Virus record (IMG/VR): IMGVR_UViG_3300021375_000007
Location: 64,001 to 128,000 of that record
DNA: 64,000 bases
Direction: 5' to 3' (one strand)
Source: a virus
The notes below the pieces were generated by a model that was not told the origin of the DNA, did not search any database, and was given only the letters and a program-made list of their open reading frames with translations. Positions 11,172-21,838 of the stretch are shown piece after piece (position 1 is the stretch's first letter; each line of letters starts with the position of its first letter). The position numbers were made by a program, and so were the translations under genes.

Positions 11172-12449
11172 TTAAAAGTCTAATTTAACTTTGATAAGTG
11201 CTTCTCTTGTAAAGGCTTTCAATACTGGCTTGCTTAATTTAGCAACAGCAAGCATTTCTTTTCTATCATTATATAATCCAACCGTTGTAAGATATACTTG
11301 AGGATCATTAACAAAAGTACTAAATGCTAACTGACCTAATGATCCGGTTACAAATGAAGGATTGTTTGAATAATTATATTCTCCATTCTTAACACGTACA
11401 TAATAATAAGTAGATTTTACTTGTTCCGATGATCTTGCTTGAATACCAAATTCATCGGATCCTTGAGTGATAGTAGCGGCTCCTGATATAGCAGTGAATA
11501 ATTTCATTGCATTATCACCTTGAACCTGGGATCCTGTTACTGTTTCGAAAGATGCATCTGCATCTAATGTATCAGCATTAAAAATTGCATATCCATGCTG
11601 AGGATAAAGGAGTCCATAATAAGTCGGAGTAGCTGGAGTATTAATACCATCTACAATTGAACCGGATACTAAGTTATAAACTAATCCAGCCTCAGATACA
11701 TCTCCTAAAGAAGCTCCGGAATCATCAATAACTCTTAATACTCTATTAGTACCATCTAATTGAACATTCGATCCAGTCATACCAGCATTAGACGATTCCC
11801 CACCTGCAACCGCTTGAGAACCTGATAAAAATGCAATATTGAATTCTACGTTACCTGGATCTAATTTTTCACGGAATCTAGCTCGATTAAAATTAACTAT
11901 ATAAATTCTATCGGTATCAACTCCATTAATAGTAAATTTAGTATCATTAGGCTCTAATACCAATTGAGCATATTGTTTATAAATAGCTCGAGTAGGAGTA
12001 TCATTATTTAAGTTACCTGTTAAATCAACAGAGCCAGATCCTAATCTATCGCCAAATGCAATAGATAATTGTGATGAACCTGTCCCTAATGGATTGCCAT
12101 TAAATACGTTTTGAAAATAAGTTTTCTGAGTTGCCGTAGCAGTCGAAGAAGTAAAGTAAGTTAAAAGGTTACCGACATTGTTTGAAAATAAAGCTTTTGT
12201 AACAGTTTCCTGTTGATTAGGAATAACATCTTCTGCGGGATCGAAGGTAGTAAATACTCTACCTAATCTAGCCGTTCTAGCAGCGACCTCTCTTTCTCGT
12301 ATAATCTGATTAGCCAATTGACTAGCTAATGATTGTATTTGCTGAGTAGTTGATGTGTTTGATGTTTCACCTGCAGGGGAAGCTGGCGTTCTTACTAAGG
12401 CTCTCCTGGTTTCTGCTGTACGTCTGACTGGTCTATTATTAAATGCCAT
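11172..12449 (-). CDS. Baseplate/tail-collar-type structural protein
   Basis: C-terminal VYLTTVGLYNDRKEMLAVAKLSKP, paralogous to the 9416-11155 C-terminus. Confidence 0.6.
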   Translation of the reverse strand: MAFNNRPVRRTAETRRALVRTPASPAGETSNTSTTQQIQSLASQLANQIIREREVAARTARLGRVFTTFDPAEDVIPNQQETVTKALFSNNVGNLLTYFTSSTATATQKTYFQNVFNGNPLGTGSSQLSIAFGDRLGSGSVDLTGNLNNDTPTRAIYKQYAQLVLEPNDTKFTINGVDTDRIYIVNFNRARFREKLDPGNVEFNIAFLSGSQAVAGGESSNAGMTGSNVQLDGTNRVLRVIDDSGASLGDVSEAGLVYNLVSGSIVDGINTPATPTYYGLLYPQHGYAIFNADTLDADASFETVTGSQVQGDNAMKLFTAISGAATITQGSDEFGIQARSSEQVKSTYYYVRVKNGEYNYSNNPSFVTGSLGQLAFSTFVNDPQVYLTTVGLYNDRKEMLAVAKLSKPVLKAFTREALIKVKLDF

Positions 12450-12462
12450 TTTCTTTTACCTT

Positions 12463-13134
12463 TTATGATTGCGATGTCGGTGCACCCGCCGTAGTAGCAA
12501 CTTCCAATCTACGCACAGTTAAGTTAATAGTAGCACGACCACCTGTCTCATTTCCTATAATTAATATAGTAGCTGATTTATCTGATAATAATTGCTCTTT
12601 TGCGGTTATTTCAAATTCAATGCCGGATACTGTTACAGATTGGGCGGCTTCATTATCACCAACGAATTGCGGTACTGTTGCACCGGAACTATTTGGAGCT
12701 GATCTTACAACTCTAACTTCAGCCACATCTGAATCAGAAAGAATAACTGTATATCCAAAGGATTGATTACCATTCTGGAAATTAACCGTTTGTGGATTAA
12801 TTCTTGTCTGCTCGCCTGATTCTAAATTAATAGTGTTTTGAGCTACTCTTACAACTGGTATCCTTGCAGTACCTTTTGGTAGTGTTACTAATTTATATTT
12901 CATCATCTGCGTTTCATCTGTCAACGCTTCAACAATTGGCAAATTCTCGATAGCCGCACCATAATATGCAGTACCTAATGGATGTGCCGGATTATATAAA
13001 TCGTAATCAATTTCAGAATCAGCTAAAGCAAATTGCGTGATTTGAAATTCATCTCTACCACGTGCTAATAATTCTCTACCTTTTTTTGTGAGAATTGCGT
13101 CTACTGTAATAGAACTATTGTTTAAGTATCCCAT
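12463..13134 (-). CDS. Baseplate/tail-collar-type structural protein
   Basis: ILTKKGRELLA...ITQFALAD resembles the N-terminus of P2 gpH-type fibre anchor domains; late motif upstream. Confidence 0.55.
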   Translation of the reverse strand: MGYLNNSSITVDAILTKKGRELLARGRDEFQITQFALADSEIDYDLYNPAHPLGTAYYGAAIENLPIVEALTDETQMMKYKLVTLPKGTARIPVVRVAQNTINLESGEQTRINPQTVNFQNGNQSFGYTVILSDSDVAEVRVVRSAPNSSGATVPQFVGDNEAAQSVTVSGIEFEITAKEQLLSDKSATILIIGNETGGRATINLTVRRLEVATTAGAPTSQS

Positions 13135-13175
13135 AGTTTTACTTCCTTTTTAATAAATATACGCATGCTCGATAA

Positions 13176-16100
13176 TTACCTGATTCTCAAATTACCGTTA
13201 CGTGCATTCTGTGAATATATGATTTGATTTGGATTAGTTTCAAATACCGTTACTACAGCGCTATTGTCTGGTGTCTGTGTTGTCGGTACGTTTATATCTG
13301 CAGATGTTATACGACATCCATTATAATATAGATTATCTGTCTGAGTGAAGAAATCATCGTTATATGCAGCTGTTTCTAACGATCGGCTCACTACAATATC
13401 TAGATTGATATTCGAAGCTTGTATACGTGCATGCGGATCTCTAATAATTCGGTGATGTGGATATTGCCATAATCGTTCTACTTCAGATTGTGATAGCCGT
13501 ATACCATCATAAATTTGAACTTGTCCTATTAATCCCGCAAATCCATACGTACCACCATTTGCACCATCGGCACGCATACCAGAACCAATGCACCCAAATA
13601 TAGACTGCTTAGCTATCCAATCTATATAAAAATCAGCACCGCCATAAGCTATACCATTAATCCATAATTGGATATTAGTAGCATTGCCACTATCACCGCC
13701 ATCATATACTAATACAAAATGGTTTAAATCTTCTCTATTAAAATCGTTACCTACATACCATTCGGCGTATGGATATTCATTTGGAGAAATAAAGTGATAT
13801 TGTGGACTAAATCCAATTCCATTATGGTTACGAAATGATATAAATGGATTATTAGTATTATCAGCACCAAACATTACACGCAACGATCCGGTATGTCCAA
13901 CGTCTTCTTGAGCTAACCAAGATAAACTCCAGGAACCGCTAGGGCCACTACTAGGTATTCTTATATCATTAATATCAACAAACTCTCGACCATTATATCT
14001 TGCCTCTGATGATGATACAGATGCACTTACTCGAGTTAAGTTACCAGAATAAAAATTAAAATCAACAGGCTCGGTTGGAAATGGATCTACTTGAACATCT
14101 GATAATGAAATTTGGTTTAATGCAATACCCGTCGGTGTTGCCGAGGATGACTGTGCGTTAAATGCAAGATATAATTTTTGTGTCTGGTTAAACCCTGTCA
14201 GATCAAAACTAAATCGCGAGCCAGATCTACTAACCCCTACTCCTAAGGCCGATGGTGCAACACCACCTATTAATAGTGGTGCAAAATTATCGGCATAGGT
14301 TAATCCAGGTACTGAGCCTGTTATTGATGCGGAAAAATGAAATTGGTATGATGCATTACTAATACGATTAGTTAATTCAGCTGAAGATGTAGCATATATA
14401 AGTTTGAAGTCATATGTCTCTGTATTTAGACCATTCAATGGCTTGATATCATCTATATGAATTTTAGTCCGGCCATTATCCGTAAAATATCCAGAGCCGG
14501 AATATGGCCGGGTTGTGCCGTTATAATCATATGGTCCATATGGTCCTTGAGCATTAAACTCAACCTGCAGCCAACTAGTTGGATTAGCTGTCGCCTGGAT
14601 TATTGCGTTATCTAATACATATCCTGCAATTAAATCCGGAGCTCCTAAAATCCATGACCATGGACGGAAATTATTCGTAGGATGATTTGAAGAAGTTACT
14701 AATAAGAATTTACCAAAATTACCAGCTGTTATATCCAATTGGTTTGCAGTAGACCCGGTAGTGTCATTAAGTACTCTTTTATTACCTGTAGAACGTTCTG
14801 TATTTAAACTTAAATCATGAGCCCTACCATTAATATAGTTATTTAATGGATAGTGTCTAAAAGACTGGTTAGGATTATAATCACGCTCTACCTGCCGAAA
14901 TATTTCCGATTCTCTAGGATTTCTAATAACACTGCAAGTTGCCGGTATTTCAATATCATTATTATAATATCCAGTACTGGATGCAGTATATAATGCTTCT
15001 GTTATCGTATAGCTCATAGGAGCAAATGGATCTGAACCTGAGAATTCTGCTGTAAACGTGCCTGGCGTATTATCATAACCACTTGCACTTATATGGAATA
15101 CCGTACTTGCTTTTAGCAAATCTGCTACCGGCTGAATAGATCCTGAATACAATATATAGTCAGCTGATGAGGTTGGCTCTTTATCATCTATTAGAGCGGA
15201 ATAAGCAGGCTGTTCTACCGTCGGCTTATCATTTAATAAAACTTTAGAACGCTCTAATACGTTAGGTTCGACTAGCAATCCAACACTAGGTATAACACGT
15301 GCCGGTAACATTTGTTTTATCTGCTCGAATAAGCTAAAATCATATAAACTAAATACGCGAATATAATCATTTATATCATTTCTATCCGTATACTTTTTCC
15401 AATACTGCTGAGCAAATTTAGTTAGGTCTGGATAGCTCATTTCAAACTGATCATTCGGATCACCGATGTAATCATCCAATTCTACCGGTCCGATATGATT
15501 GAAAATTTCTTTGTTATATTGATCGGCAGCACTATAAAATAATCCTAATCGTTCTGAATCGATAGGTGCATTTTCAAATTTACTTCTTTGTGCTGTATTT
15601 TCTGGTGATAACACATTAACCAATCGATTATTATCTAATCTAATTTTTTGGCTACGGAAATTATTACCTCCTAAGGAAGGAGCGTCAACATAATATGTTT
15701 CTATATTATTATCATAATTAGTTTCATTTGCAAATCCACTAGCTGTTGCAAAAGTAGTCATTCCAGCACCAAAAGATAATTTGCTTTGATCTGGATGTGA
15801 ACTAGTAATGCTTGTAATTACAGAATGATTAAAAGTATGTTGATCGGTACCGAACACATAATGACGAGTTAATGTATCAAATGACGATGTTTCATTGTTA
15901 CCTACATATGAAGTAGGATTAAAAGTATGCAAATCAAAAGTAGCATCATTAATCTTTTCAATATATTCACGATATTCTTGAATAGATCCACTTAACCCTT
16001 GAGTAATACCAACAGCAGAATTTGCAATACCTCCTACGTAATGCAAATCAGGCGTACGCCAGGCTTCATTATAACTTGCACTATTAGCCCCAGCCATTTG

Positions 16101-18344
16101 AGGATGAGTTTCTAGAGATACACTAGAAGATATTCTATGCGTTATACGGCCAATTGCATGATCGGCGGCTTTTTGACAAGTTATACCCCAGGCCTGGTTA
16201 TTAATAGCACTATCGCTTGTCGGTCGAAGTGGATTACTGTTATTCGATGGTATTACATTGGTCTGGACTCTTAAATTCCAATAATCGCCATCGAATATAG
16301 GAGCATATGGAGTCGATGAGGATACATATCCATTAGATCCAGATATATAGAAATTAACTCTACCATATTCCGCTGACCCTGACATAGATCCGGTAGATTC
16401 TATAGATACTGCCCATTTATCTGATAATGCTAGCACAGACTGTTCCGAGCTAGTATATTGAGATTTAAATCGCACTTCCTGAGTCCATGGAACTGCACTA
16501 TATCCAGATACATTTGATAGCGATACGTCTCTCCAATTGGAAATTACATTACTACCTGTTAATTCTAATCCAAATACTCTACGGTCTTCAATTAATGCTG
16601 GGGTATCATTTGCGACCTTAGGTCCGCCATACTCTCTAATTGATAATAACGTTTGCGGAACACCATATGCATTCATTAAAGCTTTAATGCCTCGAGTGGT
16701 ACCTTTTGTCTTAAGCAGGTATGGTAAGTTATTAACTATTCTTCTCCATACTTCATGCGTAATTGACTCGCCTGACTTACTAAATAACGATCCGGTAGAC
16801 TGATAAGAACCCGATTGAGTTAATCCTAATTTATATTGCCATAATTGCTCGGCTTGCTTACCATTGGTTAATTGCCACCCCATTGATTCTGCCATTGGTT
16901 TTAGCAGATCGGCTGACATACCTAATTTAGGATGCTCCTCACGGGTGTATAAATTGGTAGCAAGTGCATTTACGTAGGTCCATAATATATCAAAATGCTG
17001 ACCAATCATATTAACGAACAGATCGTATTGATCGTTATTCGCATCATTACGAATGTGTTCTGGTATGGTCTTAGTTAATGAATCATCATTCGACAAATCA
17101 TATAGCGAGGCTGTAGATGAAAATCCTGTATACCAACTAGTACCTAAGGATGATGTTGTATGATGATTAACATAAACACCATTCGATAAATATTTTGGCC
17201 ATGGCTGTAAAGTATAGGTTTCAGCAAATATTGTAGAACCACTGACACCATGTGTCGTTAAGCTTGAAGTTGGTTCATTATATAACCATCGTTCAAATAG
17301 ATCAAATGAGCCAACTACATTATCCTTACGTTGTCGATTAACTCCTATGTTACCAACAATAGAACCTGAATCAGATCCGCTAGCAGCTGATAATGTACCA
17401 ATTTGAGTATCATAATGTTCTATAAGCTGTAATTTATATCGGAAATTTAATAATCTTTCTGTTGCCGATGAATAATGTACAAAGTTTTCAAAATTAGTAA
17501 AATCAATATTTAAATCAGCTCCTTGCAAGGAACCTGAGAAATATCTATCGATGACTTGCTGGCTTGTTGATAAATTAGTATCTAATAAATCATTCCAGCT
17601 TTTGAAATCAGTTTCGGTAACTGTACCATACCCGGTTTCAATATCCCAATTTGGTCCGCGTAATGTATTAAACGCATCATCCGTGGCAGGTGGTAAGATA
17701 TTAACATTATCAATGTATGGTTGTATTAATTCTTCGACTAAATATACACGTTGCTTTTCTTCAACGGTTGTCTCATCAAAGGTACCATAAATTTTTAAGT
17801 ATAAATCATTCTCATCACCTTTCGCGTTAATAATGCGGTATAATTCATTTTCGCCAAAATTAACAGAATAGCGTTTATTGATATTATTTATTTGAGCAAT
17901 TAACTCATCAGTAAATATAGGTGTTGGTTGATCTTGATACTCTACAAACCGTAAATGAATTTCATCGCGGTCAGGTGCAACTTCAACTATATATAAATCG
18001 CGATTATAATAATCACCAATATGATTACGTAGATAATTAAATGCAACTTTAAATTGCCCTCTACGAATATCAAGCTCTTCAAAGGCTTTAACTAACCCAA
18101 TATCTAATGATGTATCGTCATCAAGTATATCACGTACATCATAAACTCCACCAACATATTGAGTTCCAGGAGGAGGTGCATATACATGCATTTCCAGCTT
18201 AACATCTTCAAGGCCTTTTGGGAGATCTACATTATCAATATCATAAATAAGCAGATCTAAATCTAAATTACTAAACACCTGACCGCGTTCCGGGGAAGTG
18301 GACTCTTTAATCTCCTCAAAATTTTCGTATTGATCTAACGGCAT
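13176..18344 (-). CDS. Large baseplate wedge protein with LamG-like C-terminus
   Basis: LLKTKGTTRGIKALMNAYG (P2 gpI/T4 gp7-type motif); NHFVLVYDG...FAGLIGQVQIYD. Confidence 0.65.
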   Translation of the reverse strand: MPLDQYENFEEIKESTSPERGQVFSNLDLDLLIYDIDNVDLPKGLEDVKLEMHVYAPPPGTQYVGGVYDVRDILDDDTSLDIGLVKAFEELDIRRGQFKVAFNYLRNHIGDYYNRDLYIVEVAPDRDEIHLRFVEYQDQPTPIFTDELIAQINNINKRYSVNFGENELYRIINAKGDENDLYLKIYGTFDETTVEEKQRVYLVEELIQPYIDNVNILPPATDDAFNTLRGPNWDIETGYGTVTETDFKSWNDLLDTNLSTSQQVIDRYFSGSLQGADLNIDFTNFENFVHYSSATERLLNFRYKLQLIEHYDTQIGTLSAASGSDSGSIVGNIGVNRQRKDNVVGSFDLFERWLYNEPTSSLTTHGVSGSTIFAETYTLQPWPKYLSNGVYVNHHTTSSLGTSWYTGFSSTASLYDLSNDDSLTKTIPEHIRNDANNDQYDLFVNMIGQHFDILWTYVNALATNLYTREEHPKLGMSADLLKPMAESMGWQLTNGKQAEQLWQYKLGLTQSGSYQSTGSLFSKSGESITHEVWRRIVNNLPYLLKTKGTTRGIKALMNAYGVPQTLLSIREYGGPKVANDTPALIEDRRVFGLELTGSNVISNWRDVSLSNVSGYSAVPWTQEVRFKSQYTSSEQSVLALSDKWAVSIESTGSMSGSAEYGRVNFYISGSNGYVSSSTPYAPIFDGDYWNLRVQTNVIPSNNSNPLRPTSDSAINNQAWGITCQKAADHAIGRITHRISSSVSLETHPQMAGANSASYNEAWRTPDLHYVGGIANSAVGITQGLSGSIQEYREYIEKINDATFDLHTFNPTSYVGNNETSSFDTLTRHYVFGTDQHTFNHSVITSITSSHPDQSKLSFGAGMTTFATASGFANETNYDNNIETYYVDAPSLGGNNFRSQKIRLDNNRLVNVLSPENTAQRSKFENAPIDSERLGLFYSAADQYNKEIFNHIGPVELDDYIGDPNDQFEMSYPDLTKFAQQYWKKYTDRNDINDYIRVFSLYDFSLFEQIKQMLPARVIPSVGLLVEPNVLERSKVLLNDKPTVEQPAYSALIDDKEPTSSADYILYSGSIQPVADLLKASTVFHISASGYDNTPGTFTAEFSGSDPFAPMSYTITEALYTASSTGYYNNDIEIPATCSVIRNPRESEIFRQVERDYNPNQSFRHYPLNNYINGRAHDLSLNTERSTGNKRVLNDTTGSTANQLDITAGNFGKFLLVTSSNHPTNNFRPWSWILGAPDLIAGYVLDNAIIQATANPTSWLQVEFNAQGPYGPYDYNGTTRPYSGSGYFTDNGRTKIHIDDIKPLNGLNTETYDFKLIYATSSAELTNRISNASYQFHFSASITGSVPGLTYADNFAPLLIGGVAPSALGVGVSRSGSRFSFDLTGFNQTQKLYLAFNAQSSSATPTGIALNQISLSDVQVDPFPTEPVDFNFYSGNLTRVSASVSSSEARYNGREFVDINDIRIPSSGPSGSWSLSWLAQEDVGHTGSLRVMFGADNTNNPFISFRNHNGIGFSPQYHFISPNEYPYAEWYVGNDFNREDLNHFVLVYDGGDSGNATNIQLWINGIAYGGADFYIDWIAKQSIFGCIGSGMRADGANGGTYGFAGLIGQVQIYDGIRLSQSEVERLWQYPHHRIIRDPHARIQASNINLDIVVSRSLETAAYNDDFFTQTDNLYYNGCRITSADINVPTTQTPDNSAVVTVFETNPNQIIYSQNARNGNLRIR

Positions 18345-18376
18345 CTAGGAACCTTTTAAATAAATATCGGCTGCTG

Positions 18377-20704
18377 TTAAATTAGGTTGTTTATAATATT
18401 CTCATCTAGGTCAACGGTGGTTGCCAATGAATCACGGAAATTTTGTATTGATACTCTCATATCCATAATACTTAACCCGTCATTGGCCTGGCCGATTTCT
18501 CTATTCAATATACCTAAGAAGTGAGTATATGCATCTATAGAATTAGTACGTACTGATCGCATCTGCGAAATATTAGCGTCAATTGTAGCAATCATTCCTT
18601 CGGCATCTATATCATTAATCCGTGCTTGGTAATTATCAAACGCGGTTACAAACGAATCAGCATTTATTTCATTTCTAATTGATTCTAATCGATCGATTTT
18701 TAATTCAGCAACTTGCCGTAAGCCTGTAGATGCTGATAATAACTGGTCATATTCAGTTGATAGGGTGTTAATCTTATCTTTATATAAACGTTCCTGGGGA
18801 TTGCCGAATTCAAATTGATCGGCAGCTCTGGCATATGCAGCTGTCCCTAACCCCTGGGCTGCTACAGCAGCTGAAGCTAATCCAAATGTGAAGAAATTCG
18901 CAAAAGATGCAACCGCTGTTCCAATTCCTGATCCGATTGCAGCACCTTCAAAATAATTATCTAACGATCGAGCACCCGTTCCACGTTTCAATACATTAAC
19001 GGAATTTGAAACAACATATTTAAATCGATTATTCTCACCATCGACAATATCATCTGCAACGCGTTTCCAATCAATTAAATCATTTATCTGTACTTGCAAT
19101 GCATTGATTAAACCAACTGAATCAGATATACCAGCCGTAAGCTGAATTATCTCGGCTTGTATTTGTTCATTTAATGTAACCTTTAACGACTCAGGTGCAC
19201 TTGAATTACCATCAACTAGCCGGTTACCTGGAAATAATTCAGAGCCTCTTGCTCCATTTCTAATAGGATCATAATATTTTACAGATCCTCGAGGCTCATA
19301 TGGCGCTAAATACTCAACATCAAATACGTCAGTTAATTTAAGATAGTTTTTATATTCGGCTACTTCCAATGGCCTTAAGGCATGCGGAAATGAATTCCAA
19401 ATCGGTGAATTAATACCATCATCATTTAATATTATAATTACACCAGAATCAACTAATTTACGTAATGCAGCACGCAATAAATTAAACCGAGCTTCCTGCG
19501 CCGAATTAAAAGCATCTTCTTCCTCCTCTGAAGCACCAATTGGCAATGATTGGTTAAACCCAGACTGTCCACCACTTCCATTATCGACTTGGAAGCTAAT
19601 ATCTCCACCGGTTTCTGTTCCATATAATGTAAGTATATCTAAACTAAAGACAGGCCGCCATCTTCCATAAAATAACATGCGACATCCCTCGAGGTCATCT
19701 GCATCCTGTGATCCGCGGTTCGACAGCAGATTGGATTCGTTTAATGATTTAAATAATACAATTCGGCCTTCATATTTATCTCGGAGTTTTTCTAATGATG
19801 TTGCCTTATCAAAATTAGTAGGTAAATCCATTCCAGCCGATTGCCCTATATAATCCACGGGGTCTCGTTTGAATGGAGAATCCGGCCTATACCCAGAATT
19901 AAACCGTGTTTGTATAGACCAATTATCTAGCTGTGATACTTCTACTGGTAGCTCTTTAACATACATATTTAATCGCTGGTCTGGAGTTAATGAATTATTT
20001 TCCGTTGCAGCAGTAATAGCATTGTTTACGGCATTTAAACTTTCAATTGATATAGTATCATTTAATGTACGCCGTATTAATTTATTGAAAATTTCTACTT
20101 CAATTACCTGGATGGCATTATATCGTTGCTCGCGCGCTACTAACATTACCTCGAGAGTTTTATAATCAGGAATGCGATATAATATAGGTATGCCGTTTAT
20201 TTTTTTTCCATAAAAGACTTGCAAGTATTCTAAATTTGGAAAGATATCGCCTAGCATATAATACAAATGAATATCAGACGTCGGGCCATTCATAGTCGGT
20301 ATACTTTTCTTCGGCATAATAATAAATTTACCTGCGATATCTGGTAAGTCATCAATACCTATATCTTCTACATCAATAAAATAATGGTAATCAGTATCAA
20401 TTATTTCATTGTAATTATCACTATCAACAAATGTTAATTTTTGTAAAGGAATATTTAATGACTTAGTATCATCATCACCATCAATTTGTATAACGCCATT
20501 TTCACTTCTATCTAACGGTATTAGTTCAGGATAATGATTTATTGCACCCGCAGTTTCATATACCGGAGTAACGGTTCTAGCAACATATTCAGCTTCAGCT
20601 GCAGATGGTAATTGTGTTAAGCCTGGAAACTGCTCCTGTAATACACTTAATACTATTTGGTTTGAATTAACACCTTCGATATATTCAGTACTGTTAGTTT
20701 CCAT
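18377..20704 (-). CDS. Hypothetical protein in baseplate module
   Basis: 775 aa, coiled-coil C-terminal half with an Ala/Gly hydrophobic segment. Confidence 0.45.
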   Translation of the reverse strand: METNSTEYIEGVNSNQIVLSVLQEQFPGLTQLPSAAEAEYVARTVTPVYETAGAINHYPELIPLDRSENGVIQIDGDDDTKSLNIPLQKLTFVDSDNYNEIIDTDYHYFIDVEDIGIDDLPDIAGKFIIMPKKSIPTMNGPTSDIHLYYMLGDIFPNLEYLQVFYGKKINGIPILYRIPDYKTLEVMLVAREQRYNAIQVIEVEIFNKLIRRTLNDTISIESLNAVNNAITAATENNSLTPDQRLNMYVKELPVEVSQLDNWSIQTRFNSGYRPDSPFKRDPVDYIGQSAGMDLPTNFDKATSLEKLRDKYEGRIVLFKSLNESNLLSNRGSQDADDLEGCRMLFYGRWRPVFSLDILTLYGTETGGDISFQVDNGSGGQSGFNQSLPIGASEEEEDAFNSAQEARFNLLRAALRKLVDSGVIIILNDDGINSPIWNSFPHALRPLEVAEYKNYLKLTDVFDVEYLAPYEPRGSVKYYDPIRNGARGSELFPGNRLVDGNSSAPESLKVTLNEQIQAEIIQLTAGISDSVGLINALQVQINDLIDWKRVADDIVDGENNRFKYVVSNSVNVLKRGTGARSLDNYFEGAAIGSGIGTAVASFANFFTFGLASAAVAAQGLGTAAYARAADQFEFGNPQERLYKDKINTLSTEYDQLLSASTGLRQVAELKIDRLESIRNEINADSFVTAFDNYQARINDIDAEGMIATIDANISQMRSVRTNSIDAYTHFLGILNREIGQANDGLSIMDMRVSIQNFRDSLATTVDLDENIINNLI

Positions 20705-21825
20705 TATCTAGTAACCTTAAAATAAAATCCATCATCATGTATCTGCACATCATCCCCACCATCCTTTTCTATTTTGAGTACAAATTTATAATACCGTTCC
20801 GGTTGGAATGTATTTAATCGCAAATCAATATAATTGCCATTTGCATCGCAACTAATACGCGTAGCAGATGTATCAAATGGTATAATCGTTTCATTTGTAA
20901 CAGTATCTTTTACTGAATAGAATGATGAAGTTGGTAAACGGTTATCTGTTAAATAAAATGAACTAGTAACATAAGACTTGCTCGGAAATTCTGGTCTAAC
21001 CGCAATTCTGAATTTAGCACGACCATCTGCAAAATATTCCTTACGTATATTTTTAAAATTTAATACATATGAATCTGAACTAATTTCGGTATATGAACCG
21101 GTACCGGATAAGTTTGAATTATCCCATGCGGCTTCTAATCGAGGAACATATATTGTATGAGTATCTTTGCCAAAGAATTTCAAGCTACCTAATGGCTCAC
21201 CTGATTGTTCTTCTGATTCAGATCGTTTAATGACAAATCCATTATTCACAAATGAACCGGATACCCATTCTCTAACAATATCTGTTACATTCATTCTGAT
21301 ATCAGGTGACTGATAATTAAATGTCTGAGATGCACCAGAACCTGTATACCAGGTACCGCCACCTGCAGTTGATACCCCATTCGAGCCTGTCGAGCCATTT
21401 GCATATCCTGCAGTCAACCATTCGGTGCCTACTGCTTCTGAAGTTCGATATTGCCATGACGCTCCATTTGTAGTAATAGGAATATCAGCTTCATTACCAG
21501 TACCATTAACCCATGATTGAGATACGGCATATGCTTCAAGTGTATATTCTATAGGAAGATCTTCCGAATCGGTAGCTCTAAGATTTAAATAAAATTGAGC
21601 ATCGGCTCCTATATCACCACTTGCTATTGAAGATGAAATTGTTGTTATCTCAGGACCAAAATCCATTAAGATTCTAGTATTGAAAGTATTTAATGCAACA
21701 TTACCATCCAATGGCGATCCAGAGGCAATCTTAGTTAATTCCAATATTGGGTCTATACCAGTATTTTTTGTTTCATACCTTTCATATAATGTTGCATCAC
21801 GCTTTGGATAAAATAATTGATACAT
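20704..21825 (-). CDS. Structural protein with DNRLRE-like domain
   Basis: DATLYE, RILMDF, VSQSW, MNVTDIVREW, NNGFVIK, PRLEAAW pattern. Confidence 0.55.
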   Translation of the reverse strand: MYQLFYPKRDATLYERYETKNTGIDPILELTKIASGSPLDGNVALNTFNTRILMDFGPEITTISSSIASGDIGADAQFYLNLRATDSEDLPIEYTLEAYAVSQSWVNGTGNEADIPITTNGASWQYRTSEAVGTEWLTAGYANGSTGSNGVSTAGGGTWYTGSGASQTFNYQSPDIRMNVTDIVREWVSGSFVNNGFVIKRSESEEQSGEPLGSLKFFGKDTHTIYVPRLEAAWDNSNLSGTGSYTEISSDSYVLNFKNIRKEYFADGRAKFRIAVRPEFPSKSYVTSSFYLTDNRLPTSSFYSVKDTVTNETIIPFDTSATRISCDANGNYIDLRLNTFQPERYYKFVLKIEKDGGDDVQIHDDGFYFKVTR

Positions 21826-21838
21826 TTGCTATCTTCCT

